NCBI RefSeq assembly: GCF_006345805.1
Contig: NC_042998.1
Location: 88,784,001-88,848,000, forward strand
Length of the DNA: 64,000 nucleotides
From: Octopus sinensis
Lineage: Eukaryota
Direction: 5' to 3'
A program made the translations under genes and the position numbers. Shown here piece by piece: positions 25,405 to 38,749 of the stretch (position 1 is the first letter of the stretch; each line of letters starts with the position of its first letter). The notes beneath the pieces were generated by a model. That model was not told where the DNA came from and searched no databases. It saw only the letters and a list, made by a program, of their open reading frames with translations.

Positions 25405-26235
25405 TCATCATCACCATCATCATTGTTTAATGTCCACTTTCCATGTTGGCATGGGCTGGATGGTTTGATATGGAGCTGGCCTGACTCCAGTTTTCTATTG
25501 TGGCATGGTTTCTATGGCTGGATGCCTTTCCTAAAGCCAATCACTTAACAGAGTGCTTGGTGCTTTTACATTCCACTGGCTCAGGTGCGTTTACACAGCA
25601 CTGGCACAGGTGCATTTACGCAGCACCGGCACAAGTGCTCTTATGTGACACTGGCACCTGATAGAACAAGTCTGTATGTGTGGAAGACAACGATTTTACT
25701 TAGCTTGATGCTTTTATGAAGCAAAGTGAATCGCCAAATCTCTTGGGTTCATGAGACCCAGCAGCCAAAGATCCTTTCTCACCACTTTATCCCATGTCTT
25801 CTTGGGTCTACCATCCAGTGGAGCATGCTAGCTTCATTTCTTTCAAGTCTTTGTAAATTCCTCTGTAGTCAAAGCCCATGTTTCACTACCATTGCTGTAC
25901 ATACCCAGGCGTCATATAATCTGTCTTTCACTCTGAGGGAGAAGCTCTTAGTTACCAGCATCTATTATCTGCGCATTTTTAGTGCTTATTGTACCTATAT
26001 ATTTGCCACACACAAAAACTATTTTCTTCATTAACCTTCCTATGATACTGCTACACCTCTAATGTGCCCAAAGCTTGCACTAGGTACAATGTGTGGAATT
26101 TCTACCTTCTTACATATCAAGCAGGGCCATCTCCCAGAAGGGACTTTTGATTTGTCTGTTTTCCTACTAGGACTTTTGGTTTTTGCTAAATTAACTCTAA
26201 GGCCATTAGATTCCAGGCCTTGTTCCCACACCTGA
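25405..26235 (-). mobile_element. RTE LINE 3' portion (RT C-terminus plus tail), decayed
   Basis: Minus strand reads WEQGLESNGLRVNLAKTK...SGRWPCLICKK, then SLRVKDRLYDA and RLERNEASMLHW. The tail has ccatgttggcatgg (25441-25454) and (CAT)n. Confidence 0.85.
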
Positions 26236-29200
26236 AATTTCTTTTAAAACAATTAGCAAAAGCATGATACATGTTATCAGACTGTTCTTGCTGACAAGTT
26301 ACAGCTGGCTATCCTTGAGATGGTACACCCATCACATTTAATGATAAGGGCATTGTAAATTTTATTTTCTTATCTTATCCTCAGACCAGTTCTTTCTATA
26401 TAGTGCGATGTAACATATTTATACCCTAAGTTTCTTAAGGTTCTTGAGAACAGTTACTTCATCCCACATTAATAATGTTGAGTAGTCTAGATATAAATTG
26501 TTTCCTGGATTGGATGTTTATCAAGTTTAGTTAACTATATAAGAAAACTGCATGCATATCACCAACAGTGAGGTCAGAGCTCAGCAATTTCTTTTTGTAA
26601 TAGCCTGCTCTGGATTTTTTTTTTTACATTTGTCCCTTGCCTTTATGTATATTATATGCTCATGATGCTCTGATTTCCATCACATGGAATGCTTATTATC
26701 AGTAAAACTCAAATCATGAAACAACACTGAATTTGAAAAAAATTTGAAAAGATGTTGGATCCTTAGACATCATCTCTTTCACCCACTTATGGGCTCTTTT
26801 CCACCTGTTACTGACACCAGAGTTTGGTAATTAGAGACAATCTAGAACAAGGTGTTTGTTTCAGAAATACAAAGAAATATCAGCACTGAGTTTAAACTTT
26901 GGAGTACATAGTTAAGTACCCTGTTCAAAATACTATTGTGCTTCAGAAATCTTTCCATGGGCTACTGAAGGAAGTAAATATAAGCTGGATGTGACTATTT
27001 CCAGTATAATACTGTTATTTTATCATCTCTGGAGAGATAGAAGGCATAGCTAAACTGATAGGATTTGAAATCAGAACTGACAGATACAAAACCAAATACA
27101 TGTAATACTCTTAGTCCACTGCTTGGATTATGTTAAATAATATATATTGAAAGGGATTTAGTTTTCCACTTTTTAAATAGGGCTTTACTTATGAATAAGA
27201 TTAAAAAGAACTTTTCATCTTTTTTTCATTTGTGATTTACATATATATATATGTGTGTGTGTGTGTTGTGTGTGTGTGTGTGTGTGTGTGTATTGTTGGG
27301 GGTGAGATGGGGGGGCTATTATCCAGCTGTCCATGGTAATATGTTTTTCATTGTTGGTAACTGCAGAGTGTGAATTAGTGCAAATAATAATAATTATGCT
27401 ATACTTAATACTTTATGTAATCTTTCTGTGTTAAAATTAAACTGGTACCGTCTGAGCATATCAAATTTTCTTAGATTAATTATTTACAATGTTGGTGTTG
27501 CACTTGTATGATATTAGGATTGTAGCTGTAAGATACTACTGTTGAATTGACCAACCAATGTTACATGAGGATTAGTTTTGCGGCATGACAGATGAAATGA
27601 TAGTTAGTAACAACTAATTTAATTTATGTACTAATCACTGGCACTGATTAAATTATTAACTATTTTGTTTTCTCGTTGAGACCACTGTTGATGTCTTCAT
27701 CCCATGCACAAATTACAGATGATGTGCACACAATAAAAATTTAAATAATTAAAAATGGTATTAAGTGAATGTCTGGGTTGGAATTTGGAAGTTTCACTCA
27801 TTTCATGAGGTTGCATTTGAAGTTTACTATTTTGAGAAAAACTGTACAGGAATAAAAACTTGTGTAACTTAGAAAAATGTTGAAGAATTGAAATGATTGA
27901 GTAGATATTATTCAATAGTAGTTGGTGTAATTCTTTAATTCCTTTGTCACTCAGTTGACATACTGATGTACCTAGCACATTGCTTGTATTTGGTGTAATG
28001 GACAAAGGGTCCCTAGAAGAGATCTTACAAGATGGAACAAGACTGTTTACCAGCTACTCCAAGGAGGGAACTCCTGTGATTTTTAAAATTTATTTTTTCT
28101 TTATTTGTAGAGAGGGACACATTAGACATTTACAGCCTGTTCGTCCTGGGTCTTAGAGTTTCAGAACAGTGTATTAGTCGAACCCCATTCTTATGGCCCT
28201 AGGTGGAAATTACAGTTTGTCTTGCACTATATGTATGCTCCCCACTTTTGAGAAGCATTTTACATAATGTATAAGTTTGACTGATACTTGTCTCAGTTTT
28301 CACCTCTCTGTAATGGTTGTGGGACATATATCTCCAGAGAGATGTATATGTTAAACTATATCACTCACAGGAGTATTGGAAATTAGTAATTAAACCAATG
28401 AAACAATTTTGTGATTAGTTGCACCTGACTCTTTATATAGAGAGGGTCATTGAAATTTAAGTGTCTTTGTCAGGATTTAATCATAGTATTGATAATAAAC
28501 TATGAATGCTCAACCCCTTTCGCCAGTAGGAAACTGATGTGTTATGACTCAGCCTGTTCCGATGCTCAAAATAATGATCTGTGTAGGCAGTAAAATATAT
28601 ACCTGCTCATCTGTTGTGCTGTAAATGATATTGACTAATACTTTATTAGTTTTCTTATTGCTTTCAATTTTTTTGTGTCCATGCTCACAATTCTCCACTT
28701 ATTAACTCTAATATTTAATTTCTGTTTGTTGATCTGTTCATAACGATAATGAATATTCCAACTAATTACCAACTCTGACATGCCTAATTGGCATGACTTA
28801 AGATTTTTGTTTTCCCTTTTAGGGTATCATTATTATTACCTGTTACAGAGATATTCTTTTCCCCTGTCTTCATATATTCTGTTATAAGCTACAAATGTAT
28901 TTTTTTGTTTCTGTTTTATTATTAATTGGTCTTGTGTATGTCTTAGTAGTATTCTAGCTCTTGGCATTGAAATTACTAACAAAAGAATTACATATAAGTG
29001 TGTGAACACAACACAGATAAAAGAACATTAATGAACTGAATCCTGTAGGTATGATAATTGCCTGAAGATGGGTGTATTGAAACAGGTCTAGATGTATAAA
29101 TATGAAAGTATTAATATGAGGAAAATTATGCCACTAAAATTAGAGGTATAAGATACTAATAAGTTGTGATGTGAAGACAATGTAAGTAGTCTAGATGATT

Positions 29201-29339
29201 TATCAAAGGTATATCAAGGCAAAACTTTTCCTTCTTTTTTCCTCATGAATTCTTTATTTTACCTATCATTTCCCTTTCTTTCTATTCTGCCTTATGTGAC
29301 AGACATTTATTCATTTGTATTTTATTATCATCATATTGT

Positions 29340-29540
29340 AAGGCATCGCACTGACAAAATCATTAGCACTCTCTGAGCAAAATGCTTAGTAATATTTCGT
29401 CCAACCTTACGTTCTGGGTTCAAATTCTGCTGATGTTGACATTACCTTTCATCCTTTTGGTACCAGTTGAACATTGGGATCAATGTGCTTGACTTAACCC
29501 TCTCACCAAATTATTAGCCTTGCACCTAAATTTTAAACCA
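29340..29540 (+). mobile_element. tRNA-derived SINE (same family as 5708)
   Basis: aaatgcttagtaatatttcgtcc...gggttcaaattctgc...tacctttcatccttt...taccagttga. Confidence 0.7.
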
Positions 29541-30392
29541 TTATTATCATGTTGGTTTTTTTTTCAAATTTTATATTAATATTTTATAGAAGTTCTAGTT
29601 ACAATATAGTAATTAGAGTGTTGAAGAGTTGTGGAAGTGACTGACACCCAAGAACACCATGTTGAATGCTTTATTGCAGCTATGAAATAGTATAAGTAAT
29701 CCATTGACATTGGTTTAAGTGATTATATCCACACCTTACAACAGATTGGACTTGTGCCGAGTTAAATAAAATCATTAATTAAAATGCCTATGGACATTTC
29801 ATAGGTTAATCTTTTCCCATTTGCTAACGTTTATGTCATATCTTCATTTGTATCTACATTGTTTGGTAAGAAATGTGCTTTACATATAAACTTTTTGAGC
29901 TAGAAATAACAGTTAAATTCCCTCATATGCGCCCTACTTTCTTTAAAGAAAAAAACAGAACACTTTGGACTATATAGTCCTTGGTATGAAACAACGAGAC
30001 CGTCGTGGCTGGAACTTTTTTAATCACAAGGATGGATGTTCAACGAAGGTTTTCCTAGGATTAAACAACAGTCTCATAAATGAAATTCTGTTTTCTGAAA
30101 TGGATGAAATAGAATTTTTGTCAGTAACAAGGAAATCATCTATCTATTTTAATATGTACATAGTAGTAACTGTCCATTCCGGGGCAAGAAAACTTTGTGC
30201 ATTATTATTTAGTTATGAAGAAACACCAATCTTTCATGTTCTGTAGGTGCGATTTATTATGCTATTTTATAATGCGTCGCTGTATTTACTGGTTTAACAA
30301 GTTCTATAAAAAGGAATGTCCGTTGAGGCTAAATAACTTCTCATATGCAGTTAATTGTTGTAAACTGTTATGATAAAAACGGATTTACTTAC

Positions 30393-30510
30393 GCCGGCCT
30401 CTTTGAATATAACAATAATTTTATGTTTTATTGTAATAATCATAAGTGCTTGTCAGAGATAGAGAGAGAGAGGGGGGGGGGTAGAAAAGAGAAAGGAAGA
30501 AAAAGAAAAC
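30393..30510 (-). other. Candidate first exon of a minus-strand gene (5' limit unknown)
   Basis: Donor ggccggc|GTAAGT at 30392 and a CT-rich leader on the minus strand. A short frame MIITIKHKIIVIFKEAG ends exactly at the donor. An alternative GTAAGA donor lies at about 30571. Confidence 0.4.
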
Positions 30511-31774
30511 CTCAAAGTACTATAGAAACTAACTTCAGTCAACCAGTGTCATCAGGTTCGGTGGAAATCTTACGTAATGACCGCGTACTAACTAGTTATA
30601 GTATCATATATGGGATCTGTGGAGTGGTTTACCTGCAAATCGATATATGTCAGTATGTCATCGATCTATTATATGTTAACGAGTTGATGCAATGTCAATA
30701 ACTAAAAAAAAAAGCAACAACAAAATGTTAATGCACTTTTAACAAATAAACAAGAAAGTAAAATTAAAATATCGCATCCTTTTAGACTTCAAAGTTTTTA
30801 CTTTCGGTTCAGTATGCGCGCGTGCGATTACTTGTACGACGTTTGCAACGCTTTTAAGTTTATAGAAGCATATCCTATGTTACTTGTACTTGTTTAAGTG
30901 CGTTTTTCTTTCCCGTGCCATAGTTTTAATGAATGTAGATATTATTTTTATGTTTTTCTTTTTAAGTTTGAAGAGGAAATATATCCTAACTTTTAATCGA
31001 ATCTCTGTGCGCCATGCGGATGTCGAGCTGGTGCAGGTAGATAGATAGATCAGCTGTCAGTGAAAAACGTGCTCATGTGACAAAATCGTCTTAATTACTA
31101 CAAAGCTGATTAGCGTGCAGTTTTGATGGGATTACCACACAAACTATCTACGTAGTCAGGTGGAAAATACAATGGCACTCCTTTGAATAAAAATTAGTTT
31201 ATCGACTAAATCAATGTGTATGTATATTTCTGCCTGTCTGTCTGTCTTTATGATCGTGCATTGGCGACTTCACTGCGCACACCCACTGATAAATGTAGTT
31301 ATATACTTTCATTCAAATAAAAAAATAAATAAATGAAAAAAAAAAACTTAAAGCAAAATTATTAACATGACTGTGTATATATGTCTCACTGAGAAATAAA
31401 ATTATGAATAAATGTATCGATTGAATGACGACATTTCCAGTTTCCATTCTTTGCCTGTGTAGTGTATACGCTGTTCGCCACCCCCATTCCTCCCACCTTC
31501 GGTCTCTTAGAACACTACGCGCACACACACAGTTTGTCGGTGCGGATAAAACGGACAATTTCATACATAAGTACTTCTATCATCGGTTGGCATCAATTTT
31601 TAATACTTGCACGTAATGAAATTTAATGGCGAGATTTTGGCAACTGGCCACTAGTGCACATCAATATATGTATATCGATTTGGGTATTAGTGTATGATCA
31701 GTGTCAACTTTTAATTTACTCTACTCATACAGCCTCCTCCCTACTGCCGACTTTCAATGAATGGCTGGCAGTAA

Positions 31775-31792
31775 GACGTCGTCTGATTGGTC
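31775..31792. promoter_or_regulatory. CRE-like GACGTC next to an NF-Y CCAAT box (CTGATTGGTC)
   Basis: The reverse complement GACCAATCAG matches the NF-Y consensus; it lies within the CpG-rich domain, about 500 bp upstream of the plus-strand donor. Confidence 0.5.
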
Positions 31793-31799
31793 GAAATTT

Positions 31800-32288
31800 G
31801 TCAGAGTTCTCACCCACTTTCCTATACGGGGAGTGATAGCTTTTGTTTTGACTTTAATACCTGTTCTTCGTGCCATTGAACTGTTTATTTTTATTTATTT
31901 AAGTGTATTTTCTGGTGTGCATACGCATACACAGTCCTAATCACGCGCATACACAAAGCCTTTGTTAATTGGATTGACTTTAAAAAGAGATAATTCCGCT
32001 TCTCTTTACACCTATTGTATCTGCTCATCGACCTTTGCGGCTTACTTAGGTATTTGCGCGTCCTAATCCGATGACTGTCTCCCCCTGTGGGTTAAATGGA
32101 AAGTGCCGATCCGTTACCAGTCATGGGACGTATGCATGGCTATATATACCGGTGTCCTTCTCTTCCTTACGTATCATTGTAGTAGAGTGCCTTCTTAAAG
32201 GACGTCCTCGCAGGTTCAGCTGCTATCAGGAGATGCAAGTTTTCCTATTTACAGTCTGTTTACAAGTATATTCAAATGGCTGTTAAAG
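31800..32288 (+). other. Candidate first exon of a plus-strand gene, ending ATG GCT GTT AAA G (5' limit approximate)
   Basis: Consensus donor AAG|GTGAGT at 32289, downstream of the CCAAT/CRE motifs. ATG at 32276. Confidence 0.5.
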
Positions 32289-33739
32289 GTGAGTACAGTC
32301 TCCCTGGTTTTAGTTTACGATTACTACTGAGGGTACGAAATTATTCTATCACTATAATTTATAGCATTTAACACTTATATTTTTGTAGTATTCGATGGTG
32401 TAGTGGGTGTGGACCTTTCTATTCATTGGTTGCTACTGACTTACTTTCGCTTTTCTTTACGTTCGTGATCACTGTATGTGTGTAAGATAATAACAGCGTT
32501 TGAAGCTGAGATGTTTTAACTTTTTTTTTTTTTTTTCCAAAGTTGTTGCCCTAAGTTTCGCGTTAATATATGTTTTGAAAGGTAATGCTAATCTTAGGAG
32601 TTAGGACAAAAAAATTTCAGTTTTTAACGGTGGTGAAAAGTTTTCTATTTTATGTATGGAGTACTTATTCCGTGTATGTATTTGTGTGTACAGAAAAACA
32701 GAGAGAGAGAGAGAGAGATAGAGATATGTATTTGTGTGTGCTTACGAACGAGGGAAATAGATGTGTGCGTATACACACACACACACACACACATATGAAC
32801 AGACACATGTTAATACATATGTACGTGTATTTATGTATCAACGTATGTATGAACATGCCTATGTGCGCGCGCGCGTGTCGATATATATTCGATGCCAATA
32901 CATGTGTTTCTATACCTGTGTATTTGTGTATCGATACATATGTCTTATACGAACTTGCATGTATGCTTTGCCTCTGTGCCCGTGCATATCTGTGTGTGTG
33001 TGTGAGAGAGAGAGAGGGGTACATATGTATGTATGTAAGAATACATATTTGCATATACGCATATATACATTGATACGTACGTGTATAAGTATATATGTAT
33101 GCACATATATGTATATGTATATTTTTATATGCATGTGTATAGGAATGGTGGTGTCTATATTGGATTTATATGCACATATGTATCTGTATACATATGTATG
33201 TGTGTGTACGTATATATATATATGCGAGCGCGTGTGTGTATATCTAAATGTAGATATATATATGTATATACATATGTGTGTATGTTTGTATTTGTATATG
33301 TGTGTAAATATGAATATATATATATATACACACACACAATCATGTATAAATATATACATGTATATGAATATATATATACTATATACACACTAGTCTTATC
33401 GTCCAATGGACATTTGATGATGATGATGTGTGCACACATATACATAGAAATGTACGTATACTCAAATATATATATATATATATGTATGTATGCACACACA
33501 CACACACATGAATATATACATACATGTGTGTATATACACACATTGGACGATTAGACTCGGTTGGCATGCTGATTAATGTGTGTATATATATACATATATC
33601 TTTGTGCATATTTACATATGTGTGCTTGTTTGTAAGTAAGTATGCATATATGTGTGTGTGTGTATAATATGCATGTATGAATAAATGTATACATCTCTAC
33701 ATATAACTAAACATGTGTATAAATATGTATGAATATTTA

Positions 33740-33809
33740 TGTATATCTGTATAAATATATATATGTATGAATATATATTCGTATATATGTATAAATATAT
33801 ATATATGAA

Positions 33810-33851
<42 letters not shown>

Positions 33852-35534
33852 ATATATATATATATATATATGAATATATATATATAATATATGAATATAT
33901 ATATATATATATATATATATGAATAATATATATATATGAATATATATATATATATTGAATATATATATTATATATGAATATATATATATATATATGAATA
34001 TATATATATATATGAATATAATATATATATATATGAATATTATATATATATGAATATATGTATATATATATGAATATATTATATATATATGAATATATGA
34101 TATATATATGAATATATGTATATATATATGTATATATATGAATATATGTAATATATATGAATATATGATATATATATATGATATATATGTATATATATAT
34201 GAATATATGTATTATATATATGAATATATGATATATATATATTAATATATGTATATATATATATTAATATATGTATATATATATTAATATATGTATTATA
34301 TATATATGAATATTGTATATATATATGAATATATGTATATATATATATGAATATATATATATATGATATATGTATATATATATATATGAATATATGTATA
34401 TATATATATATGAATATATGTATATATATATATGAATATATGTATATATATATGAATATATGTATATATATATGAATATATGTATATATTATATGAATAT
34501 ATGTATATTATATATGAATATATGATATATATATATTGAATATATGTATATTTATATGAATATATGTATATATATATGATATATGATATATATATGAATA
34601 TGTGTATATATATATATATATGAATATGTGTATATATATATATATATGAATATATGTATATGTATATATATATGAATATATGTATATGTATATATATATG
34701 AATATATGTATGTATATATATATATGAATATATATATATATATATATATATGAATATAGTATATATATGAATATATGTATATATATATATTATGAATATA
34801 TGTAATATATATGTATATATATATATATATATATGAATATATGTATATATATGATATATATGTATATATTATATATATGAATATATGTATATATTATATG
34901 TATGTATATTATATTATATATATATATATATGAATATAGTATGTATATATATGAATATATGTATATATATATATATATAATATATGTATATATATATTAT
35001 ATGTATATATGTATATATATATATATGAATATATATATATATATATATGAATATATGTATATATATATATGAATATATATATGGATATATTTATATATAT
35101 ATGTATATTATATATATATGGATATATTTATATATATATGAATATATGTATATATATATGATATATGTAATATATATGAATATATGATATATATGAATAT
35201 ATATATTATATGAATATATGTATATATATATGAATATATGTATGAATATATGTAATATATATGAATATATGTATGAATATATGTATATATATATATATAT
35301 ATGGATATATGTATATATATATATATATATATATGAATAATGTATATATATATATGTATTATATATATATGTATATATATATATGTATGTATATATATAA
35401 TATATATGTATGTATATAATATATGTATATATATGTATGTATGATATATATGTATATATATATATGGATATATATATATGTATGTATATATGTATGTATA
35501 TATATGTATATTATATGATATATATATATGTATG

Positions 35535-35574
<40 letters not shown>

Positions 35575-35582
35575 TGTATGTA

Positions 35583-35622
<40 letters not shown>

Positions 35623-35688
35623 TATATATATATGTATTATATATATGTATATATTATATATGTATATATATATATGTATGTATATATG

Positions 35689-35745
<57 letters not shown>

Positions 35746-36628
35746 GAATATATATATATATATGAATATATATATATATGAATATATATATATATATGAA
35801 TATATATATATAATGTATATATATATATGTATATATAATATATGTATATATATATATGTATATATATATATATGTATATATATAATATGTATATATATAT
35901 ATATATGTATATAATATATATGTATATATATGTATATTATATATATATGAATATATGTATATGTATATATATGAATATATGTATATGTATATATATATGA
36001 ATATATGTATGTATATATATATATGATATATGTATATATATATATATATGAATATATGTATATATATGAATATATGTATATATATATATATATGAATATA
36101 TGTATATATATGTATATATATATATATATATAATATATGTATATATATGAATATATGTATATATATATATATATGAATATATGTTATATATATATGTATG
36201 TAATATATATATATATATATATGAATATATGTATGTATATATATGAATATATGTATATATATATATATATAATATATGTATATATATATATATATGTATA
36301 TATGTATATATATATATATGAATATATATATATATATATGAATATATGTATATATATATATGAATATATATATGGATATATTTATATATATATGATATAT
36401 TTATATATATATGGATATATTTATATATATATGAATATATGTATATATTATGAATATATGTTATATATATGATATATGTATATATATGAATAATGTATAT
36501 ATATATATGAATATATGTATATATATGAATATATGTATATATGTATATATATATGAATATATGTATGAATATATGTATATATATATAATATATGTATGAA
36601 TATATATATGGATATATATATATGTATG

Positions 36629-36679
<51 letters not shown>

Positions 36680-37160
36680 GTATATTATATATATGATATA
36701 TATATGAATATATATATATATATGTATATATATGATATATATATATATATATATGAATATATATATATATATATGAATATATATATATATATAATGTATA
36801 TCGATATATGAAGTATATATCTATATATGAATATATATATATAGATATGTGAATATATATATGCGAATATATATATATATATATATATGTGTGTGAATAT
36901 ATATATATGAATATAAGTATTTATATATATGAATATAAGTGTATATATATATACATATATGTGTATATGTATTTATGTGTGTGTGTGTATATTTATGTAT
37001 GTGTTTATGTATATATGTGTATATATATATATATATATATTCATATTTATGTATGCAATATATGTATTTATGACTATATAAGTAATCATGTACATACATT
37101 TATTTATGAATATATATATATATATATGTTAGCATATATGTTTATGCATACACATATGTA
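33740..37160. repeat. 3.4-kb degenerate AT satellite, (TA)n punctuated by GAA and GTA
   Basis: Recurrent unit similar to GAATATATGTATATATATAT with variable TA number; almost no C in the core. Confidence 0.97.
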
Positions 37161-37375
37161 AATGTCTGTGTATATATGTTATATACATTAGCAAGTGAAT
37201 GAGTGAAAGAAAAAGGCACTCAACATATTTATTACATATATCCTTATTTCAAACACATTGATTCGGCCTAAAGCACCTTGAAGTTTAGTTGGCTCCTCAC
37301 AGGAGCCCTATCTCAGAGAAGTAAAGTTCCTGAGCCTATGAAACTTTGAACTGCATGGGTCCAAATCAAGCAGTT

Positions 37376-37426
<51 letters not shown>

Positions 37427-37429
<3 letters not shown>

Positions 37430-37784
37430 ATATATGTGCACGAATTTTTGGACCTGGTAGCATGTATCCCGGCATAAGATACTTCACAAGGGGATTGCTT
37501 CTGCTTCCCTTTTTGCCTTGAACTGTCATGTTCTAGATGTACCACTGGATCAGATGGGAGAGTTGAGTGAGTGTCCAGTTCCTGCTCATCACTAATGGCC
37601 CACGGAAAACAATTAATTAAAGTGCTAGATGTTACTAATCCAGACTCGTTCACAGGTTATCATTAAGCATATATTTGTCTTATATATCTGAATTATGTGT
37701 ATACATGTAGTTGTTATAGATACATGCACATGTACTTTTTTCTCTCTGTGTGAATGTATGTATCTATCCTATTCTCTGTATATA

Positions 37785-37829
<45 letters not shown>

Positions 37830-38177
37830 ATATATGTGCACGAATTTTTGGACCTGGTAGCATGTATCCCGGCATAAGATACTTCACAAGGGGATTGCTT
37901 CTGCTTCCCTTTTTGCCTTGAACTGTCATGTTCTAGATGTACCACTGGATCAGATGGGAGAGTTGAGTGAGTGTCCAGTTCCTGCTCATCACTAATGGCC
38001 CACGGAAAACAATTAATTAAAGTGCTAGATGTTACTAATCCAGACTCGTTCACAGGTTATCATTAAGCATATATTTGTCTTATATATCTGAATTATGTGT
38101 ATACATGTAGTTGTTATAGATACATGCACATGTACTTTTTTCTCTCTGTGTGAATGTATGTATCTATCCTATTCTCT
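37427..38177. repeat. 400-bp-period tandem duplication bounded by (TA)n tracts
   Basis: 37427-37777 matches 37827-38177, with no difference seen outside the TA tracts. Duplicated ORFs in the track end exactly 400 bp apart. Confidence 0.95.
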
Positions 38178-38249
38178 GTATATATATATATATATATATA
38201 CACATATATATATGTGTGTGTGTGTGTGTGTGTATGCGTGTATTATATG

Positions 38250-38708
38250 TATGTAATGTGTAAGTGTTTGCATGTATAGTTATTTGTTTAGGCTTCGACC
38301 CATCCCTACTTATCAGTTTTACTCTTCAGATTGCCCTCCATTTCTGAATTTATTCGGGCTATATGATGCATGAGTGCTTGGGATTATACATAGTGTGTGT
38401 GTGAGGTGACATCGAGCGCACATTATATCTATCTATCTGTCTTTTTATATAGAAACTGGTAACTGTTCCTCTTGTAATAAATAAATAAAGCAATGACGTT
38501 TATTCTTGATTTGGAGTTCCATCGCATGTATTATATAGCAATAGTTTTTAAATACTTGTTTATTCCTCATTATTAGTTAGTATTTATTAATTTTTTCTAT
38601 AGTTTCTGCTTTGGATCGCTTTTGAGTTTCTTTTCTATCGCCTGGTCATCAACACGATGTTAAAAAGGAAAATACAAAAAAATAATTAAAAAAAAAAAAG
38701 AAAACGGA

Positions 38709-38749
<41 letters not shown>

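Larger units (their letters stand above)
29950..33300. promoter_or_regulatory. CpG-rich, TE-poor putative bidirectional promoter region
   Basis: Abrupt rise in CpG density against CpG-depleted flanks, no recognisable SINE/LINE inside, outward-facing consensus splice donors at both ends, and promoter-type motifs (CCAAT, GACGTC, GCGCGC tracts, TCATGTGAC). Confidence 0.6.

Noticed and set aside
32585-37161. Many 60-210-aa ORFs rich in Y/I/M/C/H/T (also near 7 kb, 45-46 kb and 60-63 kb)
   Set aside because: They are translations of (TA)n, (CA)n and (TATG)n microsatellites.
37291-37307. Perfect 7-bp hairpin GGCTCCT-CAC-AGGAGCC
   Set aside because: Too short to exceed chance expectation in 64 kb, and it has no supporting context.
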